NCBI GenBank assembly: GCA_013166775.1
Contig: JABLTJ010000041.1
Coordinates: forward strand, 1 to 23,634
Direction: 5' to 3'
DNA length: 23,634 nucleotides
DNA from: Promethearchaeati archaeon
Lineage (GTDB): Archaea; Asgardarchaeota; Heimdallarchaeia; Heimdallarchaeales; Heimdallarchaeaceae
Below, one piece after another: positions 1 to 8,412 of this stretch (position 1 is its first letter; every line of letters starts with the position of its first letter). Under the pieces are notes generated by a model. It was given only the letters and a program-made list of their open reading frames with translations. It was not told the origin of the DNA and searched no databases. The position numbers and the translations under genes are program-made.

Positions 1-1
1 T

Positions 2-778
2 GATTTACCCGAGCTAGTAGAATATGCGGAGGATTTGGGTATAATCACCGGATTGGTTACTAATGGAAGAAAATTGAAAGATAAGAAACTTGTTGATGCC
101 TTGATAACTGCAGGTATAGATCACTTTCAACTAACAATAGAAAGCCATGATGAGAAAATTCATGATGAAATGAGTGCTTCAAAAGGAGCTTGGAAAGAAA
201 CTGTCCAGGCAATCAAGAACATCGTACCTACTCCTGTATATATAATGACAAATACAACTCTTACTCCTTATAATATCAAAGACATAGAGAAAACTATCGA
301 ATTTCTAGCATCCTTAGGAATCGATCATTTCGCTGCAAATAGCATTATAAAATCCGGAGGAGGAAAACAGGAAGATTTAGCTCTTTCAATTGAGGAGTTG
401 GATGACGTACTAACAAGAATAATGAAAAAAGCAGAAGAACTCAAAATGAGTTTTCTCTGGTATAGTCCAACTAGATATTGTGATTTTAATCCAATTGAGA
501 AAGATCTTGGTATGAAACAATGTTCAGCAGCTCACATAGCAATGGCGATAGAACCAGATGGCGCAGTTATACCCTGTCAAAGCTATTTTCAACCTCTAGG
601 AAATATCCTCACAACAAAATGGAGAAAGATTTGGAATCACAAAACTGCGAAATATCTAAGAAAAATGCAATATCTTACAGAAGAGTGTCTTGATTGTCCT
701 GAAAGAGAATTATGTGGAGGAGGTTGTCCATTAAGTTACACTGCTCCATCTAATGTTTGTAGAGAAGCTTTCTCATAA
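2..778 (+). CDS. Radical SAM/SPASM-domain protein (PqqE-like), 5'-truncated by window edge
   Basis: Frame is open from position 2 (DLPELVEYAEDLG...). Radical-SAM barrel motifs VTNG and HDEM..KGAW; SPASM cysteines CSAA..AIEPDGAVIPC..CLDC..RELCGGGC. The CxxxCxxC motif would lie upstream of the window. Confidence 0.85.
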   Translation, partial: DLPELVEYAEDLGIITGLVTNGRKLKDKKLVDALITAGIDHFQLTIESHDEKIHDEMSASKGAWKETVQAIKNIVPTPVYIMTNTTLTPYNIKDIEKTIEFLASLGIDHFAANSIIKSGGGKQEDLALSIEELDDVLTRIMKKAEELKMSFLWYSPTRYCDFNPIEKDLGMKQCSAAHIAMAIEPDGAVIPCQSYFQPLGNILTTKWRKIWNHKTAKYLRKMQYLTEECLDCPERELCGGGCPLSYTAPSNVCREAFS

Positions 779-808
779 CTTCTCTCTTTCATAATATCAG
801 GTGATTAT

Positions 809-1567
809 TTGACGGAAAAAGAAGATGAAATTGAATGGGGGCCTGAGATTGATTCACAGTTTATTCGTCAAGCTAGTTGGACAGAAATGTTCAGAAATCA
901 GATTTACAGAAGAATAAATTTGCTTAATGCAAAAAAAATCTTAGATGTTGGTTGTGGTACTGGAGTCATAACTAGAGAGATAAGAGAAAAATGTTCAGCG
1001 AAAATTACAGCAATAGACATTGAACCTGATATGATAAAATTAGCTAAGGAAAGAGTCTCTAACGTCGATTTTATAGTAGAGAATGTTGAAAATCTTTCTG
1101 CGAAGAAGGAAAGCTTCGATATTGTTTTCTTTCATTATGTTATGTTATGGATAGAAAACCCAGAGCTTGCTGTTAAAGAAATGGCGAGAGTTTGTAAGAA
1201 CAAAGGATATGTTGTTGCTTTAGCAGAACCAGATTATGGTGGTTGGGTAGAGTATCCAGATCTAAACTTAGGCAAAAAGCATATTGAGTATCTCCAGAGA
1301 GAAGGTGCGGATCCTTGCATTGGTAGAAAGATTCAAGCTCTCTTTGAATCTGCAGGCTTAGAAACAGAAATTTCTATAATTGCTCAAACTTGGGATAAAG
1401 AAAGCCTAAGAGACAATATTGAAGAGGAATGGAGAAGGGTTTTGGAAGCAGATTTGATTTCTGATGATGAATTCAATCAGAGGTTGAAATTAGAAAAAGA
1501 ATCAATTGCTAAGAATCAAAGATTAATCTTCATACCAGTTTTTACAGCAATAGGAAGAAAAAGATAA
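809..1567 (+). CDS. Class I SAM-dependent methyltransferase
   Basis: Motif I ILDVGCGTG, plus TAIDI and SFDIV; TTG start preceded by AGGTGA SD; 30 nt after the radical SAM gene. Confidence 0.9.
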   Translation: MTEKEDEIEWGPEIDSQFIRQASWTEMFRNQIYRRINLLNAKKILDVGCGTGVITREIREKCSAKITAIDIEPDMIKLAKERVSNVDFIVENVENLSAKKESFDIVFFHYVMLWIENPELAVKEMARVCKNKGYVVALAEPDYGGWVEYPDLNLGKKHIEYLQREGADPCIGRKIQALFESAGLETEISIIAQTWDKESLRDNIEEEWRRVLEADLISDDEFNQRLKLEKESIAKNQRLIFIPVFTAIGRKR

Positions 1568-1570
1568 GAG

Positions 1571-1694
1571 TGGTCGGGCTTCCGTGATTTGAACACGGGA
1601 CCGCTCGGTCTCTACCGGCTGACACCTTGATCATTGTTCACAAGGGCGTCTGTTGACTACAGCCGAGTGCTCTAAGCCACTGAGCTAAAGCCCG
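1571..1694 (-). tRNA. tRNA-Tyr(GTA) with 47-nt intron at 37/38 and encoded CCA
   Basis: Reverse complement folds as acceptor CGGGCTT/AAGCCCG with A73 and CCA, D stem GCTC/GAGC, anticodon stem CTCGG/CCGAG with loop CT-GTA-G^A, 5-nt variable loop, T arm CCGTG-TTCAAAT-CACGG. Spliced length 77 nt. C1-G72 and the short variable loop are archaeal/eukaryal Tyr features. Confidence 0.97.
1610..1656 (-). other. tRNA intron (47 nt) with relaxed bulge-helix-bulge splice motif and internal K-loop hairpin
   Basis: Removing it restores a 7-nt anticodon loop. C32-U33-G34-U35 can pair with intron GUAG (4-bp central helix, two G-U pairs) flanked by 3-nt bulges. Confidence 0.9.
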
Positions 1695-1883
1695 AGATTT
1701 GTGATACATCAATTAGTTTTGATGCACCTACTTTTTTCCTTTCTGCTTTCTTCTTAAATTTTTCTTTTCATCTCTACATTCAGAAACGTATTTTGACATT
1801 ACTTTCTTTAGAGAAGATTGAACCTTAAATCCCTCATTTGAGTAAACTTAAAAGTGAGTTTTTCATTTATTATTTGGATTATA

Positions 1884-2315
1884 ATGAGCCTATCTCAAGT
1901 ACAATATTTCAAACTAATGGAAAAAAAATATTCTATTGAAGAAGATATTTTCAATAAATTAAAAGACTTACAAGATCTTAAGAAAAAAATTGCTGATCAA
2001 AATAAGAAAAGAGCTAAAGATCAAAGAGAAAGAGAAGAACATTTGCTTAAGAAAGATGAACACGAAGCGGATGGTTTTCAAGATAAAGCTCTAAAAAGTG
2101 AAGTTGCATCTAAGAAAAAAGAAGCAAATATAGCTGAAAAGGATTATAAGATTCGGGAACTTGAAAGAAAGATTGTGAAAGTAGAAGAGGAGATTGATCA
2201 ATTAGAGCTTGAGTTAAGAGAATCGGAATCTGACATAAGTAAACATCAATCTGGTGCTCCTCTAGAACCTTCAGAAGAATTAGAACCTTCAGTTTTTGAA
2301 GATAATGAGTATTAA
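1884..2315 (+). CDS. Hypothetical highly charged coiled-coil protein (143 aa)
   Basis: K/E-rich heptad pattern and acidic tail. ATG at 1884 preferred over GTG at 1854, whose extension lies in AT-rich upstream DNA. Confidence 0.75.
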   Translation: MSLSQVQYFKLMEKKYSIEEDIFNKLKDLQDLKKKIADQNKKRAKDQREREEHLLKKDEHEADGFQDKALKSEVASKKKEANIAEKDYKIRELERKIVKVEEEIDQLELELRESESDISKHQSGAPLEPSEELEPSVFEDNEY

Positions 2316-2401
2316 TTAGCTATTTCTTTTTTTCTTTTATTTTTGTTGAAAGAAGTGAAGTTTTTTAAGCAGTACTCATTTTGTTTTTGTGGTGACATAT
2401 T

Positions 2402-2785
2402 ATGGAATTATATGGAACAGCTGATTGGAAAACAGAAAAACATGTACCAGTTATTGAGGTAGCTGATATCGTTAAGAGTGGAGAATTAACTCAAGTTATT
2501 GTTAGTGTGGGTAAAGAAATTGCTCATCCAAACAAAACTGAACACCACATATCTTGGATTAAATTAATGTTCTGGCCAGCAGAAGAAAAATATCCTTACC
2601 AAATTGGATATGTAAATTTTGATGCTCATGGTGCTTCTCTAAAGGGACCTGATTCAAGTGGTGTTTATTCGGAACCTTACACAGTCTTTCATTTAAAAAC
2701 AGACAAACCCGGTAAATTGATAGCTACTTCCTACTGTAATATTCATGGTTTTTGGAAAAATACAAAGGAAATAAAAGTAGAGTAA
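2402..2785 (+). CDS. sor: Superoxide reductase, neelaredoxin-type (1Fe-SOR)
   Basis: Iron-ligand motifs EKHVP, HPN..EHHI and YCNIHG; no desulforedoxin domain; GGTGA SD. Confidence 0.95.
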   Translation: MELYGTADWKTEKHVPVIEVADIVKSGELTQVIVSVGKEIAHPNKTEHHISWIKLMFWPAEEKYPYQIGYVNFDAHGASLKGPDSSGVYSEPYTVFHLKTDKPGKLIATSYCNIHGFWKNTKEIKVE

Positions 2786-2844
2786 TTCTTTCCTTTATTT
2801 TTCACTTCTTTCTTTTTGAAACTATGCTTTGGAATCAGATAGTA

Positions 2845-3774
2845 TTAGGATTTTTCTTCTCCATTGTTCTTTTCAGATGTTAGTACTTCTCTTAAAGTTG
2901 AAGGCAAATCTTCTTGTTGCTCATACCTTTGTTTCTGATGATTATACAATTCTCCCTCTACCTTCCTTTTTCTATATTTTAAAGGATCTAAGTACATGAA
3001 AACAAAGAAACTAATACCTATAGTAGTAACAAGAAGACCGATAAAGAATTTTCCAACTAAACTTAGTCCTCTTATTTTCAGAACAATAAGTATGTCTACA
3101 TTTTCCAAGCTAGATATACTTGTAACTAACCAATTTGTGGAACTGCCGGTTTCAATCTCAATTTTCAAATTTCCTTCAAAGCTAATTGGAGTTAGATATA
3201 CTGACCAATCTGGATTTTCTTGTGGATTCTCATGAGAAAGCCACAAATTTGCGTTCGTAATTCTATCTAGTGATATAAAAGTAAGAAAATAATTCCTTTT
3301 CTTCAGAGATTGAATTGGAAATTGTCTCAAACCTATAACATCATTTGTATTAAAAAACCAGCAGAACAATTCATTCTTGTATGAAAATCCGTTGATATCA
3401 TTATTTGTTTCTAAAACATAGTTTTCAAAATCTATCTTTAGAATTAAGATTTCATCATTATCATTTATGAATCTAGCTTTGAATTCACCAACTCCTACAT
3501 AACCTGTTGTAAATTGATTACCTATGTTTGTTTTTGAAATTAGAATATGACTTGAGGAATTTCTAAACTCGAAATCGTAGCTTAAATCTGTGTAAGAACA
3601 GTCTACTTCAATCAAAAATAAACTTCTTGCATTTTCAGATAATGTCAATGTTAGTGTTTGATTAGCTCCTATATTATATTTCTTACTCGCTTCTGTGAAA
3701 CGATTTACTTGTATAATTGACGAAAGAAAAACTAAAAAAATAATAAAAATAACTTCTCCCCTTCTCTTATTCAT
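2845..3774 (-). CDS. Hypothetical single-pass membrane/cell-surface protein
   Basis: N-terminal signal-like segment (MNKRR plus hydrophobic core), beta-rich middle, C-terminal TM (FFIGLLVTTIGISFFVFMYL) followed by basic KYRKRK and a ~45-aa tail. Confidence 0.75.
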   Translation of the reverse strand: MNKRRGEVIFIIFLVFLSSIIQVNRFTEASKKYNIGANQTLTLTLSENARSLFLIEVDCSYTDLSYDFEFRNSSSHILISKTNIGNQFTTGYVGVGEFKARFINDNDEILILKIDFENYVLETNNDINGFSYKNELFCWFFNTNDVIGLRQFPIQSLKKRNYFLTFISLDRITNANLWLSHENPQENPDWSVYLTPISFEGNLKIEIETGSSTNWLVTSISSLENVDILIVLKIRGLSLVGKFFIGLLVTTIGISFFVFMYLDPLKYRKRKVEGELYNHQKQRYEQQEDLPSTLREVLTSEKNNGEEKS

Positions 3775-3887
3775 TTGTGAATCAAGATACTTATCTCATA
3801 TTTGTTATTTAAATCATTTCAATCAAATTTACAAAAGAATGAAGGGTGAACCCAAAAAACTATATTCTTTCTGAGCAAACATATTTC

Positions 3888-4661
3888 ATGTCCAAAATAT
3901 CATCTAAAGAGAAAGATGAGCTCTTTGATTTCTATGTAAAAGAAGCTGAACACCCCTTCTCTGGATGGGATTTCTCATATATTGAGGACCGAATGGTTAC
4001 AGCCCCTTTTACTTGGAGTTATAGTAGTAAAATCCTCCCTGTAATTCGAAAAGTAGATTCTGTTTTAGATATGGGTACTGGGGGTGGAGAATTTTTCTCC
4101 TCCCTGCAACCTCTTCCAAAATATTCTTACGCTACAGAGAGCTATGATCCAAATTTTCTAATTGCAAAAAGAATGTTAGAACCACTAGGTGTCAAAGTTG
4201 TAAAACATGAGAACGATGACAATTTACCATTTAATGACGAATTTTTTGAATTAATAATCAATAGGCATGAATCATATTCTGTAAAAGAGATTTTCAGAAT
4301 TTTAAAACATGAAGGGTTATTTATTACGCAACAAGTGGGTGGAACGAATGATAATCAACTTAGAAAATTACTAACCGGTGAAGAGGGAAGTGAATACGCT
4401 GATTGGAATGTTGATTTCGCTGCAGAAGAATTAGTATCAGCTGGTTTTACTATACTAGAGAAGGAAGAGTGTTTTCCAATAACTCGATATTTTGACATAG
4501 GAACTATTGTTTACCATCTATTGGCAGTACCTTGGGAAGTGCCGGGATTTACAGTTGAGAAATATGTCAAGCAGCTTAAAGAAGTTCACAATCACATACT
4601 AACTACTGGTTACCTTGAAGTTGAGAGTCATAGATTCTATATCAAAGCCTTAAAACATTAA
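3888..4661 (+). CDS. Class I SAM-dependent methyltransferase
   Basis: FSGWDFS, VLDMGTGGGE, LPF.DE.FELII.RH, FITQQVGG. ATG at 3888 preferred over GTG at 3846. Confidence 0.88.
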   Translation: MSKISSKEKDELFDFYVKEAEHPFSGWDFSYIEDRMVTAPFTWSYSSKILPVIRKVDSVLDMGTGGGEFFSSLQPLPKYSYATESYDPNFLIAKRMLEPLGVKVVKHENDDNLPFNDEFFELIINRHESYSVKEIFRILKHEGLFITQQVGGTNDNQLRKLLTGEEGSEYADWNVDFAAEELVSAGFTILEKEECFPITRYFDIGTIVYHLLAVPWEVPGFTVEKYVKQLKEVHNHILTTGYLEVESHRFYIKALKH

Positions 4662-4739
4662 TGCACCTAAATCTGGACAAAGTAAAAATACTTCTTAACG
4701 AAGAAACAATGGAAGATAACTAAACTGGTGTTATAACTC

Positions 4740-5291
4740 GTGAATGAAAAAGAAGGATTTATTGATGATTTTCCTCGTCCAGGATCTGCAGAATATGGAC
4801 TATTGCTTGCTAAAAAAGAAGAAAAAAAGAAAACATTAAAACAATGGAAGAGATTGAATAAATATTTTACAATACCCCTTTACAGAATTGGCATTCTTCC
4901 TCTATTTGGAGGAGGAAAAATATTCTTACTCCTATTTACAAAAGGTAGGAAAACAGGAAAGCAACGGATTACACCCATTGAATATAGAACTAAAGATGGG
5001 ATAATTCATGTCGTATCAGGAAGAGGAAAAACTGCACACTGGTTCAAAAACCTAATAGCTCACCCTGAGCAAGCAAAAATAAAGGTAGGTTTCAAGAAAT
5101 ATGCAGTTAATTTTGAGATAATTCAAACTATTGAAGAAAAAAATGCTCTATTCAAATGGTATGTTGTCAAGTTCCCAAAAGCCGCAAAAATGCTATTTGG
5201 ATGGGATCCGAAAAATGACAAAGTGGAAAAAGCAGATTTTACATCTTTTTCTGAGTTAGTAGAAGTGGTAAAATTCTCTCCAAAAGAATAA
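4740..5291 (+). CDS. Deazaflavin (F420H2)-dependent nitroreductase/quinone reductase, Ddn/DUF385 family
   Basis: Signature LLL.TKGRKTGKQR.TP and W.KNL.A.P; GTG start with GGTG upstream. Confidence 0.85.
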   Translation: MNEKEGFIDDFPRPGSAEYGLLLAKKEEKKKTLKQWKRLNKYFTIPLYRIGILPLFGGGKIFLLLFTKGRKTGKQRITPIEYRTKDGIIHVVSGRGKTAHWFKNLIAHPEQAKIKVGFKKYAVNFEIIQTIEEKNALFKWYVVKFPKAAKMLFGWDPKNDKVEKADFTSFSELVEVVKFSPKE

Positions 5292-5343
5292 TTATTAGCT
5301 TGAGCAATGCTTATAACTATCTACTATGTGAAATTATATTACC

Positions 5344-7260
5344 TTGAATCAAGTGATTTCAAAACCTAAAGGATATAGGGGCACATACTTAGTTGTCAAT
5401 CTAAGTGATGAAACAATAATAAAAAGAGAAAGTGATTTTTCTATAATTAAGAAATTTCTTGGTGGTAGAGGGTGGGCAGTAAATTACTTGTTCGAGAATA
5501 TCCCTCAAGGAATTGAACCTTTAGAACAACAGAACATTCTTGCTATTTGTTTAGGACCTTTAACTGGAACATTGGCTCCTTCTTCAGCAAGATATACAAT
5601 TGCATCTAAATCACCTTTGACAGGAGGAATAGGGTATTCAAATGCAGGGGGTCATTTTGCACCAGAGTTGGCTTATGCAGGTTATGATGCTATATTTATT
5701 CATGGGAAAGCAAAGAATCCCCTCTATCTATTCATCGAAGATGATACTGTAGAACTAAGAAACGCAAGTCATTTGTGGGGTAAAGATACTTGGGAAACAG
5801 ATCATAAGCTCAAGGAAGAATTGAGCGATAAATTTCAAATTCTCTGCATAGGGCAGGGAGGAGAAAATTTAGTTAGGTATGCCGCGATTATGAATAATTT
5901 GTCCCGTGCTGCTGCTAGAACAGGAGTGGGTGCCGTTATGGGTTCAAAAAAACTAAAAGCTATTGCAGTTCGAGGAACTGGTGCTGTTGAAGTGGCAGAA
6001 CCAACTAAATTTATGAATATAGTACAAGAAACACTTGAGAAAATTTATGATGATCCTGCTTATCCGAGTTTATCATACTATGGGACTCCCTTCCTAGTCG
6101 ATTTAGCTTACATAAGCGGTGGATTAGCTACACGAAATAATCAGACAGGAATCTTTGAAAAATACGAAGAAATTTCAGCTGAGACTTTTGATGAAAAATA
6201 TAAAGTCAAATCAGAAAGCTGTTTTGGATGTCCAATTCACTGTGGAAAGTATTCAAAAGTAGATTCAGGAAAATACTCGGGAACTAAAGGTGGAAGTCCA
6301 GAATTTGAAACTATCGTATGTTTAGGATCAAAATGTGGAGTTGGAAATTTAGCTGCAATTCTTAAAGCGAATGAACTAGCAAACAAATATGGTCTCGATA
6401 CAATCTCTCTAGGAGATACAATTGCTTTTGCAATGGAAGCTTATGAAAAAGGAATTATTACATCAAAAGATACAGATGGTTTGGAATTAAAGTGGGGCGA
6501 TGATGACGTACTAATTCAGTTGATAGAAAAGGTTGCATTCAGAAAAGGATTAGGTAATTTATTAGCTGATGGAACAAAAAGAATGTCCGAGAAAATAGGA
6601 GGAGGATCCAATAAATTCGCATTAGAAATAAAAGGAATGGAACCTCCTGCATATGATGTAAGAACAGCAAAAGCTTTCGGTCTGGGTTGGGCTACCGCGA
6701 CAAGGGGAGCAGATCATCTAGCCGCTCTCCCTAATTTCGAGCTTCTAGGTTATAAACCACAGAAAGGAATTGAGTGGTTTGGATCAGAGAAAGCTGTTGA
6801 CCCTTTCGCTTGGGAAGGAAAACCTCGAATGGTTGTATGGCATGAGAATTTTGGTGCAATTGTAGATTCAGCAGAGATGTGCAAGTATACTTGCTTTTCA
6901 GCTTATGCAGTAAAACCAGAAGACATGGTATTGTTCATAAATTATGCTACTGGATGGAATCTAAAACCAGAAGAGATTCTTGAAATGGGGGAGAGAATAT
7001 ATAATTTGGAACGTCTTTTTAATTTGAGAGAGGGAATAAAAAAAGAAGCAGATACTTTACCACAGAGATTTACAAAAGAACCACTACCTGAAGGGCCAGC
7101 AAAAGGTCAGTATGTTGAACTTGATAAAATGCTTCCTGAATATTACAAATTGAGGAAATGGGACCTTAAAACAGGAATTCCATACAAATCCTTACTCTTT
7201 GAACTAGATCTTCTGAAGCACGCTGAAAAGTATGATTTAATTTGTAAAGAGGGTGATTAA
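5344..7260 (+). CDS. aor: Aldehyde:ferredoxin oxidoreductase family protein (W/Mo-bispterin)
   Basis: FLGGRG, KSPLTG, AARTGVGAVMGSKKLKAI, CFGCPIHC, EFET, GLDTIS, RGADH, ER.FN.REG and D.LP.RF motifs. Confidence 0.95.
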   Translation: MNQVISKPKGYRGTYLVVNLSDETIIKRESDFSIIKKFLGGRGWAVNYLFENIPQGIEPLEQQNILAICLGPLTGTLAPSSARYTIASKSPLTGGIGYSNAGGHFAPELAYAGYDAIFIHGKAKNPLYLFIEDDTVELRNASHLWGKDTWETDHKLKEELSDKFQILCIGQGGENLVRYAAIMNNLSRAAARTGVGAVMGSKKLKAIAVRGTGAVEVAEPTKFMNIVQETLEKIYDDPAYPSLSYYGTPFLVDLAYISGGLATRNNQTGIFEKYEEISAETFDEKYKVKSESCFGCPIHCGKYSKVDSGKYSGTKGGSPEFETIVCLGSKCGVGNLAAILKANELANKYGLDTISLGDTIAFAMEAYEKGIITSKDTDGLELKWGDDDVLIQLIEKVAFRKGLGNLLADGTKRMSEKIGGGSNKFALEIKGMEPPAYDVRTAKAFGLGWATATRGADHLAALPNFELLGYKPQKGIEWFGSEKAVDPFAWEGKPRMVVWHENFGAIVDSAEMCKYTCFSAYAVKPEDMVLFINYATGWNLKPEEILEMGERIYNLERLFNLREGIKKEADTLPQRFTKEPLPEGPAKGQYVELDKMLPEYYKLRKWDLKTGIPYKSLLFELDLLKHAEKYDLICKEGD

Positions 7261-7743
7261 ATGTCTCAAAAGCAAGTAAAACGTATTTTTGTTCAAAAAG
7301 AGAAATGCAATGGTTGCAGAATATGTGAACTAAGATGCTCATTTGAACACGAAGGTGTTTTTTCTCCTGCTCTTTCGAGAATATACATACATAAAGAGGA
7401 AGAAGAAGGAATTACAATTCCAAAAACATGTGTTATATGTGGTAAGTGCATAGATGCCTGCCCTGAGAATGCTATATCTAAATCTGAAAAAACAGGTGCA
7501 ATTTTTATTGAGGAGAGTAAATGTTCTGGACACAAGGACTGTGTTGATGCTTGTCCTTATAATGTGATGTCATTTAATCTATCTTTCAATATAGCTTTTA
7601 CCTGCGATTTATGTGATGGGAATCCGCAATGTGTAGAATATTGTCCTGAACAAGCTTTACATTATATGACAGCAAAGGAATTTGCACTCTATAAGAAATC
7701 TGAAGAATCAAAGATTACTAAACCTGAAATTATTCCTGAGTAA
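7261..7743 (+). CDS. 4Fe-4S polyferredoxin subunit (DmsB/CooF-like) associated with AOR
   Basis: Four Cys clusters (CNGCRICELRC, CVICGKCIDACP, CSGHKDCVDACP, CDLC..PQCVEYCP); starts directly after the aor stop; GGTGA SD. Confidence 0.92.
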   Translation: MSQKQVKRIFVQKEKCNGCRICELRCSFEHEGVFSPALSRIYIHKEEEEGITIPKTCVICGKCIDACPENAISKSEKTGAIFIEESKCSGHKDCVDACPYNVMSFNLSFNIAFTCDLCDGNPQCVEYCPEQALHYMTAKEFALYKKSEESKITKPEIIPE

Positions 7744-7767
7744 AACTCCAAAATAATTTTTCTAGAA

Positions 7768-8046
7768 CTAACCCCCTGCAATTGCAGGCATAATTGCTAC
7801 CAGATCATCATCATTTAGTTTAGTCTGAAATCCATCAAGAATATTTATGTTCCTCCCATTGACAACAATCCTGTAGATTTTCTTAATTTTACCTTCTTCA
7901 TCAAAGAGCTCGTCGGAAAATGCTGTTCCATATTTTTCTACTAACTTATTAATTAAATCTTCAACTGTTTTCGCAGAGAAGTCAATTTGCTTCTCCCCAA
8001 CAATCTGTTTTATTCCTGTAAATATGATTAGCTTAATTCTGCTCAT
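7768..8046 (-). CDS. moaD: MoaD/ThiS/SAMP ubiquitin-like sulfur carrier
   Basis: IVVNGRNI, TKL.D.D.VAI.PAIAGG with C-terminal Gly-Gly; adjacent to aor. Confidence 0.9.
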   Translation of the reverse strand: MSRIKLIIFTGIKQIVGEKQIDFSAKTVEDLINKLVEKYGTAFSDELFDEEGKIKKIYRIVVNGRNINILDGFQTKLNDDDLVAIMPAIAGG

Positions 8047-8114
8047 GATTCTATGTTACAAAAACCAACCAAACCTTTAATTCTTTGTGTTCAAAACTAA
8101 GCATTTTAGAAAAA

Positions 8115-8369
8115 TCATTCAGTGTCTTTTTCTCTAAGTATATCTAGTGCTTCACTTATTGTTAGAGTCTTTAATTCTTTAGCAGATTCATAATGATTGC
8201 TACAGAACCACTCAGCATAGGGTGGATGCCCTACAAATCCTTCTTTTCTCATCTCGTCTTCCCATTTTTCATCGCTTTTACGTTTTTGAAAATAAACTAA
8301 ACCCCCCTTGTCCTCGTCTAATTCTTCAAAAAACTCTCTGTAACAAATAATGCAAATAGGGGGTTTCAT
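8115..8369 (-). CDS. Small hypothetical protein with putative Zn site
   Basis: MKPPICIIC...GHPP..EWFCSNH (CxxC plus CxxH); TATA-like TTTATAA about 27 nt upstream. Confidence 0.75.
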   Translation of the reverse strand: MKPPICIICYREFFEELDEDKGGLVYFQKRKSDEKWEDEMRKEGFVGHPPYAEWFCSNHYESAKELKTLTISEALDILREKDTE

Positions 8370-8412
8370 AAATTTGCTTTGTTGTTGCTTATAAAAATCT
8401 ATGGGAATTCCT

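Noticed and set aside
1571-1620. tRNA 3' end as a possible integration (att) site
   Set aside because: No duplicate of the tRNA end, integrase or other mobile gene was seen in the window.
7768-8046. Eukaryote-type ubiquitin system
   Set aside because: The protein has MoaD/SAMP features and sits beside aor; no E1/E2/E3 genes are nearby.
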